DNA from: Takakia lepidozioides
Lineage: Eukaryota > Plantae > Bryophyta
Length of the DNA: 64,000 bases
NCBI GenBank assembly: GCA_030704615.1
Contig: CM060731.1
Coordinates: forward strand, 58,094,001 to 58,158,000
Direction: 5' to 3'
Part shown: one piece after another, positions 52,858 through 64,000 of the stretch
How positions within the stretch are numbered: position 1 is the stretch's first letter
Layout: every line of letters starts with the position of its first letter
The notes under the pieces: generated by a model
What the model saw: the letters and a program-made list of their open reading frames with translations, nothing else
Databases searched by the model: none
Told to the model about the DNA's origin: nothing
Position numbers and translations under genes: made by a program

Positions 52858-54242
52858 AGCGATCGCCAACTTGGTGGTCGCTCCATTTTCCGGAAAATAA
52901 AAAAATAAGCGACCGCCAGAACTGGCGGTCGATCCATTTTTCAGGGAAAAAAAAAAAAAAAAAAAAAAACCGCCAGAACAGGCGGTCGCTCCATTTTCCG
53001 GAAATAAAATAAATCAGCGACCGCCAACATAGGCGGTCGCTTCATTTTCAAAAATTTTAAAATAAATAAGCGACCGCCAACATAGGTGGTCGCTTTATTT
53101 TCAAATAAAATAAAATAAAAGCGACTGCCAACAATGGCGGTCGCTTGATTGTCAAAGCAATTAAAATAAAAGCGACGCCAGTCATGGCGGTCGCTCCATT
53201 TCCAACAACATTTTAATAAAAGCGACCGCCAATAGTGGCGGTCGCTGGATTTACAAAAAACAAAACAATTGCGGCGACCGCCCGTAATGGCGGTCGCAAC
53301 AATTAAAATAAATGCGACCGCCACAAATGGCGGTCGCTGCAATTACAAAAACAACAATACCGGCGACCGCCCCTAATGGCGGTCGCTCCATTTTCCTCCA
53401 AGAAACAAAAAAACGACCGCCAGTAACGGCGGTCGCTTCATTTCCAAAATAATTAAAATAAAAGCGACCGCCAGTAATGGTGGTCGCTGGATTTTGTAAA
53501 AACAAAAACTGCCAGTAACGGAAGTGAGGGGAGAATGACTGGGGGCTTCTATGCCCCCCCGCCTCATTCCTCGCTCCACGCGCAGGGCAGACCTCGTAGA
53601 AGCGACCGCCACCATGGCGGTCGCTCCATTTAAAAACAAAAAGAAACGACCGCCACAAATGGCGGTCGCTCCATTTCGTCAAAAAAAAGAAAAAAAACGA
53701 CCGCCAGTAATGGCGGTCCCTGCATTTATGAAAACAAACAAAAACTTCGAGCGACCGGAAGTGAGGGGAGAGTGGCGTGACCGGAAGTGAGTAGCGGTCG
53801 CTATTTCTTTTTTAATTTTGAAAAACAAAGCGACTGCCATAATTGGCGGTCGCGTTCATTTTGTTAATTTTCAGAAATGTATTTGCCACCGTTCGAGCGC
53901 CAATACGGCAGTCACTTGTTTTTTTTTAAAACTTAGGCGACTGCCAATACGACCGCCAATCTTGACTTGAAGCGACCGCCATCATAGCGGTCGCTATTTA
54001 TTTTTTTAATTCAACAAATAAAGCGACCGCCAGTGCGATCGCCAATCTTGCTTTAAAAAAAAAAACAGTTGAAGCGACCGCCAATATGGCGGTCGCTATT
54101 TCTTTTTCTATTCCAAAAAATAAAGCGACCGCCAGTGCGACCGCCAATCTTGCTTTAAAAGAAATAAAAATTGAAGCGACCGCCAATACGGCGGTCGCTA
54201 TTTCTTTTTAAATTTCAAAAAACAAAGCGAATAGGCGGTCGT
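52858..54242. repeat. Array of about 24 short palindromes AGCGACCGCC-N3-5-GGCGGTCGCT with ~51-bp period; probable subterminal array of a third CACTA-type element
   Basis: Units start at 53972, 54023, 54074, 54125, 54176 and 54227, among others; A/T-tract spacers; followed by TTTTACCTAGTA (CACTA-like end) at about 54317-54328. Confidence 0.8.
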
Positions 54243-54469
54243 GTTCATTTTGTTAATTTTCAAAATGTATTTGCCACCGCCACCGTGTCGGCGACGTGGC
54301 TGCTTAAGTGGCAGTATTTTACCTAGTACTATTTTTATCAGAATATTCCCCGAACCTGACGTGACGGAGGTCCTGTCAGCGTCAGGTCTGTCGTGACCTG
54401 ACACTGACGGACGGACGGACGTGACGCTGATAACCGGGCCGAACACCAACTGGTTATGGGTCATCCCTC

Positions 54470-56117
54470 CGTACAAAGTTCAGCGAAGAAGACGGGGTCC
54501 ATGGTTTGAAGTCTCGTGACTACCACAATCTATTGCAAGACATCTTGCCGATTGCAGTACGTGGGACATTGATTCCCGAGGTTCATAAGACAATCTATAG
54601 ATTGGGAGGCTTGTTCCGGTGGATTTGCTCCAAAGAGTTGGAGGAAGCGGATTTTCCACGCATGAAGAAGGAGGCGGCGGATGTAATGTGTATGTTGGAG
54701 ATGCACCTTTCTCCCTCCTTCTTTGACATCCAAGTGCACTTGATAGTGCACTTAGTGGAAAAGGCTTCGATTGCCGGCCCCGTACATTCTCGGTGGATGT
54801 ACTTCCTTGAGCGTTATAGAAGACTTTGAAAGGATTGACAAATGGCGCACCCGGAGGGTACCATGGCGGAGGGATATACGTTGCAAGAAGCTATGTTCTA
54901 TTGCACGGAGTACATGACAAGGATGGATGAGGAAGCCTCTCGGATGTGGAAGGAAGAGAAGGATGCACGAACCAAAGACATCATTTTGCCCAAAAAATCG
55001 AAGGGTAAAATTGCCGACCTTGGTGATTGAGCAAGCGCATGACTTCATACTGAGGAACACCCCATCCATACATGAGTGGGAGGCAAAATACAATAACCTT
55101 ATTCAGCAACGAGAGGAGATGCTTGCATGGAGGCGGAACCATCCAAGGCCGGTTACTAGACGCCCACGACGAGGAGCGGGCTGCCGAAATGTTCATTTAC
55201 AAAATTTGCCCATGGAATTGCAGCCTCTAAGTTCATTCCAATAGTGGCTTCGGACTTCAGTTTATGACGACGTTGCTCAAGGAGAGGTGGTTTCAGATTT
55301 GGTGCAAGACATTGCAAGGGGGCCCTCTCAATTCACGACCTCATACACGGCGGTTTGGGTTCACGGTTGTCATTTCCGCATTTGTGCTCTTGACATGAAG
55401 TGCAAAACAACCTTTGATTTTGGCTTGTGTGCCACATATTGGCAAGACTCCGTGTGGGGAAAGGGAGATACACAACCTGCTATGAGCAAACTTGAGTACA
55501 TTGGAGAGCTTGAGAGCATACTCTAACTTTAGTATACAATGTACCGGCCTATTTTCTTCAAGGGAAGGTGGTTCTAGCCACATCTTGTGGGGCCCTTCGC
55601 AACACTAGTGCAAGATAATTGTGGTTTCATGTGTGTCAATGCAGATAGGCTCAACCCTACTCATCGTCCCTCTGATGAGCCTTTTTCACGGCCTTCAGAC
55701 ATGGAGCAAGTTTTCTTCTCCGATGACAAAACAAGAGGGGGGAATTGGAAGGTGGTTGTGCACGCTCAGCCAAGAGGAAGACGTATCTATCATGGTCTCA
55801 AATCTCCATGGGGTGAGGCAATTGCGGTGGACGGAGAGACTGGTCATAATGATGTTGATGATGGAGGTTGGGTAGAGGGGGTAGAAGAGGATGATGACAC
55901 CTCGGAGAATGCATCCCAGACCTTATATGATGAAGCTCCAGAAGATACGGATGTTGGAGAAGGAGACGAAGACACGGCCATTGACAACGAGGTGGAGGAT
56001 GATTCGGAGGGGCCTTTTGAGGGCCGTGCCATTTATGACGATGACTCCGATGACCAAGAAGACTTGCAGCTTGATGAGGATGAAGAAGCTCCGGATGGTG
56101 ATGTTCAAGTTGATTAG
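54470..56117 (+). pseudogene. CACTA transposase C-terminal remnant of the outer element
   Basis: GLKSRDYH, PSFFDIQVHLIVHL, GPVHSRWMY, HPEGTMAEGY; inverted homolog of 36876-38247 with extra stops. Confidence 0.88.
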
Positions 56118-58820
56118 ACACGAAATCAAAGCTATAAACAATTCTCGCATCAAACTGTACCCATCCCTTCGATTGATTGTACATGTACATGCATATTGTA
56201 TCTTATTTCTACGGTTGATCAAATATGGTTGTGGCTGGTAGTCTTTCAAGAAAGAAGACAGAGACATTGAATACGTTGGAGCAACACATATATATATCAA
56301 AATGAATGTCACAATCTACAAGAAGGTCCACAACAACAAGCTAAACCATAAAGAAAAACAAACACCCTACCCCACTACCATATGAGAAAAAAAAAAAAAA
56401 AAACTAAGAACCCCCAAAGACCCTAAACCTAAACCTAGAAAGCCTGGCCGTTGTTGCCAGCAACCCCCACGCGCCGCACGCTGTGACGCGTTTTTAGCAT
56501 ATATGCGGCCAGGGGTCGCAAACAGCGACGGCACGCCGTCGCAGGATGCGTCCTGGTTTTCTTTTTTGAAAGAATTGGGCAGCCCCTGTTTGCGACGCCC
56601 ATCCGTCGCCAATGCATTTTGCCATTCATGCCACCATGCGACGGCCTGACATCGCTAACAAGGGCTGCGATGAAAGAAAGGGCAAGAAAGGGCTGCATTT
56701 TTTGCGCTGGCGACGGCCGGCCGTCGCCAGAAAGGGCTGTCTTTGCCCTTTGCTAGGGGGCGACGCGTGGGCGTCGCACGGAAGGGCTGCCTTCTGCCCT
56801 TTATCCACCCATGCGACGGCCGAGCGTCGTCGCATGGCCCCGGCGCCAAGTGGCAACCCGCGGTGTCTGTTTGTGACGTTCGGGCGTCGCAAAAAGACGC
56901 CGTGGGGTTGGCGTCGCATGCTCGGTGCCGCGCAGGGTGTGGGGCGCGGCTGGCGTCGCAACCCTCCCCCCCCCCCCCCCCATTTGCTGTAGTAACAGTT
57001 GCAGTGTGGGCATTGTGACAAGCACGGGTATGGAGAGGCCCAGTGTTATGGTTTGCATCCTGAGTTGCGCCCAGGCCAGTTCCAAGGGAACAATGGTGGC
57101 CGGGGGCGAGGTGGAGCAGCCCATAGAGGACGAGGTGGTTAGGCAGGAGGTGCAGGCCTAGGGCAAGCTCAACATGGCAAAGACATGGAGGTCAGGGTGT
57201 TGACCAAGGCATGGCCAACCGGCTTCAGCAGCTAGAGCAGAGGCTTGCTGCTATGGCCACAACTTAGGTGGTACCGGCTCCAAGGCCGGATGGTCCACCT
57301 CCTGCACTTGAGGGAGGAGACATGGGAGGCATGAGATTCATGTGCGGGGCAACTCTACCACTAGTGAGGGGTGACACTACCACTACCACTATGGGTGGGG
57401 CACCAATACCACTAGTGCAGGGCAGCACTACCACTACCACTACCACTATGTGCGGGGCAACACTACCACTAATGCCAGTGGAGTCGGCTGCGGCAGTGAC
57501 TCGAGGAGCAGCACGAGTTCCTGAGCCACGAGGTGCAGAGGTGGAGTTGGATCCACAGCGTGGGGAGGCAAGCCGTCAGGCCAGACTTCCTCAGTCATTC
57601 ATATTGGCGGAAACAGTATCGACGCATCCATGGCACCTAGTTCTCGCCCGACTGCTACCGAGGCGGAGGTTACTATGCTGGGAGAGCCACACAAGCAGCA
57701 CCACTACCTGCTGCCAAGGCTACGGCAGCTAGTGTGCTGCTGGGGGCGGCCACATCTGTGTGCCAGGCTCCATTGTTCTTGGCTACCATGATTGCGACGC
57801 CGGGGGTAAGACTAGCTGAAGTGTTTAGGCTTGGCAGCTACACTCTGTGAGAGTGGGGATGTTACTTCATCTTCTGTGGACATAGTGGGAGGTGTAGTGC
57901 CGGAGGGATCCTCGGATTTGAGGGTCAAGACTGCCACGACGACGCCATGGCCAGCTGCAGCTACCAGGTTGGTGAAGCTGCCAGCTAGGCCAGCCATTGA
58001 GCGCGCCATGGTGATTTCTGGGGTTGTCTTGTTAGACAACCATGATGACATTTTCTGTTCAAGTGGACTCGCAGGCAAGAGGTATCGGCCACTACGGGAC
58101 TTATTGGACTCGGGAGCTCAGCCGTTGATGTTGGGTAGAGCTGCTATTGCAGGCTTGGGCCTCACGGAGGCGGACATGAAGCCTTGCCCTTTCCAGATAC
58201 AGACATCTCTGGGAAGATCAGAGCAGGCTTAGGGCATGACACGGCGTGAGTTGGCTATCAGACTACGGCCGGATCATCCTACAGATGACTCAGTGATGAG
58301 AGCCAAGGCCATTGTGACAGACGCGGTCTCGTACGATGTCCTGGTTGGTGGGGCAGTGTTGTACCCCATGGGCTTCACCCTGGATTTTTGGGAGGAGTCA
58401 TCTTCTTATAGGCCTGGATGGCAGTCAGGGGAGGGCCGGCGTGTGCAGCTCATTGTGACGTTCATAGGAGGAGTTGCGGTTGCCCAGCGGGGCAAGATGC
58501 CGTTACTAGCAGCATTCACAGCTGCAGTGAGTTGGCCTGGAGAGTTGCTTAAAGACAATGCTCATTCAGAGGATGTGTCACCTCCGGAAGATCAGGATGA
58601 CATGTATGGTATGGCGGAGTTGCATGCCATGGTTGCTCAGACTCCATTGTGGGACACGAGCAAGGATTTGCAGCGGGTTGCTGATCAACGAGTGCAACAA
58701 GCCTGGGTAGAGGCTTTTGTACCATCAGGAGATGAGGAGAGTGCGGTGATTGCACTAGGACCACCTTAGTTGTCGCCATTGGACAACACACCTATCGTGT
58801 GGCAGTATCCGGATGAAGGC

Positions 58821-59790
58821 ATTTGCCTTCTAAACTTGTTTGGCGGGATCAGCACTGGATTAGCTGCTGTATATAGGCAGGTGTACGGGTTAAGAGGTAC
58901 CTGTATATAGAGAGGGATGCAACTGCATGATGCATCTCACTTCGCCATGTTGCTTAGTTAGTGCAGCAGTACCCTGAGTGTTTGCCGGTGTCTACGGTTC
59001 GTGGATATCAGCAGACCTTGCTAGCAGACATTTTGTTGCTGGGGGCGTAGGATTTGGAGCGGGTTGGCTCCATTCACTTGGTAGTGGCAGGTTGGCCTTG
59101 TCAAGGGCATTCATCAACCGGACATGGCAATGGATTGCGAGACTCGAGGTCGGGTCTGTTTTGGGAGATGGTGCGGATTTTGTGCAATTTACAGCTTCAT
59201 CAAGCTGTATGCATACATATTGGAGAATGTGCCACTGTTGGGCGATTCTCGGGCCAGGGTGATGGCCAGTGTGCATCAAGTCTGGTCGTGGCTTGGGTCA
59301 GCAGTGTTGCTGGATGCAGCTGCAGTGGGGTCACGGGTTCATCGTCCACGGCTATGGTGGACTAACTTGATGCCACCCGCATTGCTCAAGCGTGCATTTG
59401 ATGGGGTGCAACGGCCAACACATTTGACAATGGACAACATCTTAGACACGAGGAGGCAGTCTCAGCGTGTGAGACAGGATGACCGTTCTCCTTTGGCAGT
59501 GGTCAACAAGGTGGGTCAACCACGAGTAGCACTACCTACACTGCTCAGCTTCCCAAGATCGGATGCTTTCCGGGATGGTGGACCTGGCCTCATGTGGGAT
59601 GCTTAGTTGCAGCAGTTAGTGGAGCCTAATGCCGATGAGCGCGAGCGGGCTACGGGTTTTTCTACTTGGACCACGGCGGTGCATTCTCTTTCTGAGGCAT
59701 CACGTCGTCAGGTGTTGGGGCAAGCAATGGATCTCAATTGCTTGACTTGGATCATTAGCTTGAGTATGGCTGAGCAGTGCAGGTTGCGGA
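58821..59790 (+). pseudogene. DNMT3-like C5 cytosine methyltransferase domain within pol
   Basis: Motif I LNLFGGISTG, II YIERD, IV AGWPCQGHS, V SGLFWE, VI ILENVP, VIII HRPRLWWTN, IX ERERATGF, X RRQVLGQAM; stops and frameshifts present. Confidence 0.9.
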
Positions 59791-60689
59791 CAACTTCTTC
59801 CACACATGTCCCTTGACATACTCCCTGCCTACCGAGACGGTACAGGCAGTGAGTGGGGGCGAGCAGGTGAGGACCACAGGGTGTAGACATCCATGGCACA
59901 CGTGGGAGGTGCTCGAGGTTCAGAGGGAGTTGGCAGCCAAGGCGGCGGTGATGGATGAGGTTGGGGATTCTTCTCGGATTGAGGAGGTCCTCAAGGATGA
60001 GATGATGGGCCAGGATGAGGCCTTGTCATTGACAGAGCAGGCAGTGGGCACTGCTCAAGAGGTTGCAGCATAACAACCACGGGACCGGTCTCCTACCTCT
60101 AAGTCTGCTGGACTTAAGGTTGCAGTTACGGAGGACAATTGGGAGTCTGACATTGGACCTATTGTCATCGGAGGAGAGAGACGACGTATATGGCAGTTCC
60201 TGAGGGCTTACGGGAATTGCTTTGCCTCTCGTGATACGGTGGAGGAGCATGAGAGACATGTTCAGGTGGTGCATCGACCGGGTTTGGTCAATCGGGATGC
60301 GGATGGATTGAGTCGCAATCCATGCACAAGCCAGCAGGATGACACTGGAGCTCGGTGGCATGGTGAGACAGACGAGGAGATGGTGCCAGGATGGCATGCA
60401 TCTACCTTTTTGTGTATCTTGGCATCGGGAGGTCAGGTTGGACCTACAACAAGGATGACTGTAGACGGAGTGTCTGAGGACCCTGAGGCTAGTGATGAGC
60501 CAGGTGGTGCGAGAGATATACATGAGGATTTGGTTGTGTTGGACTACCTCCGCAATGGAGACACGACAAATCACTGTGACTGCCAAGGAGAGGGATCGGA
60601 TCCTACAATGAGCCAAGAGGTTCAAGTGGGAGGGGATACACCCGCTCCGAGTATGGGAGGATGGTCGGGTGAGGATTGTGCCTCACCCA

Positions 60690-61947
60690 ACACAGCGTGC
60701 ACGGTTAGTGCGGCATGCCCATGAGGAGTTGGGGCATTTTGGAGTGCGATGCACTCATACGTGTTGTTGGCGTGGTATGCAATCAGAGGTGCAACGGTTC
60801 GTGGCTAGGTGCATGGTGTGTAACAGGGTACCTGCTTCATTCAACGCCCCTACACCCCAGTTGCATCCTCTTCCGATCATGGGATTGGGCTACATGTGGA
60901 GTCTTGACTTCGCAGGACCGTTGTCACTGACGATACGCCACCACAGATATGTGTTGGTGATAGTGGAGCACTTCTCCAAGTGGATTGAGTTGGTTCCGTT
61001 GCCTGACAAGGCTAGTGAGGGGGCTGCATATGCATTCTTGGATCATGTGCTTAGCCAATTCGGTGCTCCAGCTGAGGTACTCACAGACCAGGAAAGAGAG
61101 TTCTTGGGGGAGTTTTAGGCTTTGTGTGATAAAGCCTTGATAGACCACCGCACCACTTCTCGGGATCATCCTGAGGCCGATAGCTTGGCAGAGAGAGTTG
61201 TTCAGACGGTGAAGAGGGGTTTTGCGCAAGTATGGCTTGCAGAATGGACACCTAGGAGATTGGGATCTTCAGGTACCTTGGTTAGCCATGGGCTATAGGT
61301 TCAGTAAGCAAGCATCACTTGCCTCCTTCTCACCATATTTCCTTCTCTTTGGCCGAGAGCCGGATTTGCCTGCAGCCATTCGTAGGGACACTGCTCAAGT
61401 TCTCAATCTTGACGATCCGGACGTGTGGGTATGTGTATGTGATCATCGTGCAAAGTTGTTCAAGAAAGTCATGCCCATAGCTTTTGATAACCTTGCCATT
61501 GCATATCACCGTGATACGTTGAGGTATGTCACTATACGTGGTGGAGGATATCGTCCTGGGGTTCGGAGGTTTAGCCCTGGTGACTATGTTTATTTGCAGC
61601 AGACTGCTCATACGACCCTGGATGTGACTGCAGGGCGTGTTATTCTGAGGGTTCGAGAGGTGTTGTCCTCAGGAATCATGATCTTGGAGGGTCGGGATAG
61701 CATGACTTGAAAGGACCATATGCTTAATTGTGCGCCATGTTACCTTCCCAATGTCGATGGCAGATTTGACCCAAACTTGGCAGTGGTACCTGCAGGTTTG
61801 AGGTGCATGTTCTGTGGGTCTGCCAAAGGGGAAGCCACCATGCTGGTGTGTGATCGATGCTCAAGAGATTGGCACATGGGATGCTTGACACCACCTCTTG
61901 AGAGGGTTCTTGATGGAGATTGGTTATGTCCACACTGCTTGGGATAG
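60690..61947 (+). pseudogene. Integrase with C-terminal PHD finger
   Basis: HAHEELGHFG..CMVC, WSLDFAGPL, VLTDQ; PHD CMFC..CDRC..HMGC..WLCPHC at about 61804-61938. Confidence 0.88.
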
Positions 61948-62207
61948 TGGCAGTGGATATGATTAGTGGCAGCTAACAAGACATGCGGGGCCGAGCTCAT
62001 AGGAGTCAATACACGAGATCCCAGGCTCAAGTTCACAGGTTTCAAGACGGTGATTAACGATGGGGCGATTCTCGCACCCGACCTTTTGATCTATCGAGTT
62101 TGAGTGTAGTAGGAACAGTGCTGGAGGATTTTGTGAGGCTATGGTCACTATCACATCTTGTGGCTACCTGGACTTAGAGGGACCTAAGCACCAGCTAGGG
62201 GGGCGAT

Positions 62208-62505
62208 TGTGTAGACTAGTGACTGCCATAGTGGGCAACATAGTGGCAGCCTAGTGACTGACTAGTTGCAGCCTAGTGGTTGGACTAGTGATGGACTAGT
62301 GGTATACTAGTGTGTGGTGTCCACAGGTGTTGTGTGGTTTTGGGACAGCGATGTAGTTGTGTATGCGCACGACACTATGTTGATTAATCAGTAAAGTAAA
62401 AATGGACGCATACTTTTTGGGCACCTTTGGCTCCTGAGAGAGTGCATTTGCTGTTCAAAATAATACCCCCTAGTGGTCCATTCAAGGTTATTCCATGATT
62501 TCACA
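62208..62505 (+). repeat. 3' LTR of the DNMT-Gypsy element
   Basis: Preceded by polypurine tract AGGGGGGCGAT; termini TGTG...CACA; internal CTAGTG repeats. The partner 5' LTR is not found in the window. Confidence 0.65.
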
Positions 62506-62599
62506 TTGAGTGTTCACCAATATCACAAAGTAATTCGATTTTTTTTTAATTTAAATTTTTGCATTAAATTTCATTTCTTTGTGCGCACATCAGAAAAAG

Positions 62600-63822
62600 A
62601 ATTGACTCCATAATGAGAGAAGTTGAACAAAGAACAAGCCAAAATAGTGATGGAAGAGCTACACGAAGGAATTGCAGGAGGACACTTCAGCTCTGACCTG
62701 ACAGCAAAGAAGATATTATTAGCAGGTTACTGGTGGCTGGAGACACTTATGAACACTGTCAACAGTGTGATGTTTGCCAGAGGATGGGACCAATAGAACG
62801 AACTGGGAAGGGTGCTATGCACTACCAACAGAACCATTTCAATGCTGGGGACTAGACTTCGTGGGACCCATTAAACCTCCAGCAAGATACACACATAACC
62901 AATACATCCTCACTGCCACTGACTACACTACCAAATGGGTAGAGGCCAAGGCACTAAGAGACAACACTGCCAGGTTGACAGCCAAATTCTTATATGAAAA
63001 CATCATCACATGATTTGGTTGCCCACTGGAATTCGTTAGTGATCAAGGATCACAATTTATAAATGATGCCATAAAATGCTTAACAAAGGAGTTCATGATC
63101 ATACATCACAAGAGCACTGCTTACTATCCCCAAGGAAATGGCCAGGCCGAATCTACCAACAAGATATTATGCACTATCTTAACCAAGATAGTAAATGCCA
63201 ATCGTACAGATTGGGACACCAAAATGAACACAACACTATGGGCACTCAGGACATCATACAAGGTGACCACGAAACATACACCATTTCAACTGGTGTATGG
63301 AGCAGAGCACTATTACCCATTGAATGCATGATACCCACACTACGAACCGGAACTCATGAACGATGGGGTTTAGAGGAATCTCTACGAGTCAGGGAACATG
63401 AGTTATTTCATCTGGAAGAAGTTCGGACAGACGCTGCAGATAACATGGCACGAATTCAAGAACAACGAAGAAAAAGAATATCCGAAGGGAAAGAAAAATC
63501 TTTCCAGGATGGGGAAATTGTTTTATGGTTACCAAAAATCAAGAAAATGAAACTGGGAGGAAAATTGAAAATGCTATGGATGGGACCATTTCAAATCAAA
63601 AGGGTACATGACAATGGAATTGTTGATTTGCAGACCTTGGAACAAGAATTCGTGGGACGAATAAATATTAACAAGTTAAAAGGCTACAAAGGGATACATG
63701 ACAAAGCCCTTATACATGACGTATACGCCAACGAGGAAGACCAAACTGCAGATGAGGAGCGTGAAACCGCCAGTGCATACTACATTCATCACGACACGGT
63801 GAATCGGCATGTACTAAGATAG
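62600..63822 (+). mobile_element. Integrase remnant of a different Ty3/Gypsy element
   Basis: [52 protein letters not shown]; frameshifted. Confidence 0.88.
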
Positions 63823-64000
63823 GTGGCAATACGACTTTAGGGCACCGCTACGTTTAGACCACCATTCATTTGGAGGACAACATTACCACCTCGTATAGTG
63901 TATGGTGAACCGTGGCCAGCACATATGCCCTACAGAACCGTGAACAAATACGAAGCAGCCAACGAGTCACTGCTTGTGTTAAACTCCGAGATGTATGCTC

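Larger units (their letters stand above)
29577..56994. mobile_element. 27.4-kb non-autonomous CACTA (En/Spm) element with nested insertions
   Basis: Left end CAATATAGGAAAAGGGGGGG and right end CCCCCCCATTTGCTGTAGTA are decayed versions of CACTACAGCAAATGGGGGGG. 3-bp TSD ACA at 29574-29576 and 56995-56997; GCGAC/GTCGC subterminal arrays at both ends; transposase remnant inside. Confidence 0.85.
56998..62505 (+). mobile_element. Degenerate Ty3/Gypsy LTR retrotransposon carrying a C5 DNA methyltransferase and a PHD finger
   Basis: Order: gag knuckle CGHCDKHGYGEAQC, protease LLDSGAQP, DNMT motifs, RT and RNase H remnants, integrase HHCC and core, PHD, PPT, LTR. Confidence 0.9.

Noticed and set aside
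52858-54242. CRISPR array
   Set aside because: Palindromic repeat-spacer appearance, but the repeats are degenerate, the spacers are low-complexity A/T tracts related to each other, there are no cas genes, and the context is eukaryotic transposon DNA.
35918-56994. Composite transposon bounded by these two like termini
   Set aside because: Flanks are CAA and ACA, so there is no TSD; the 29577/56994 pair has a TSD and restores the target frame.
58821-59790. Host DNMT3/DRM gene or bacterial contamination
   Set aside because: Intronless and collinear within Gypsy pol between protease and RT remnant; flanked by plant TEs and linked to spliced plant genes.
25265-63822. Minus-strand gag-RT Gypsy and plus-strand integrase at 62.6 kb as halves of one element
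   Set aside because: Opposite orientations and no shared TSD or LTR evidence.

Overview
Eukaryotic nuclear DNA from a land plant, probably a seed-free bryophyte-like lineage (inference). The first 25 kb is genic. It holds a PLS-class PPR-DYW RNA-editing factor preceded by three intron-split OSB-type PDF (ssDNA-binding) motifs, a truncated pectin methylesterase (PMEI pro-domain intact, PME domain decayed), and a complete 15-exon FANCI gene with LINE insertions in its introns. From 25 to 64 kb is a nested transposon island. It contains a decayed Ty3/Gypsy on the minus strand and a 27.4-kb CACTA element (29577-56994, ACA target-site duplication) holding an inverted copy of its own family, MITEs, a LINE and a RING-H2 pseudogene. 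That CACTA element split a Ty3/Gypsy element carrying a DNMT3-like C5 cytosine methyltransferase between protease and RT and a PHD finger after integrase. The two most notable systems are the DNMT+PHD retrotransposon and the PDF-PPR-DYW fusion. All calls come from manual reading; no database search was run.
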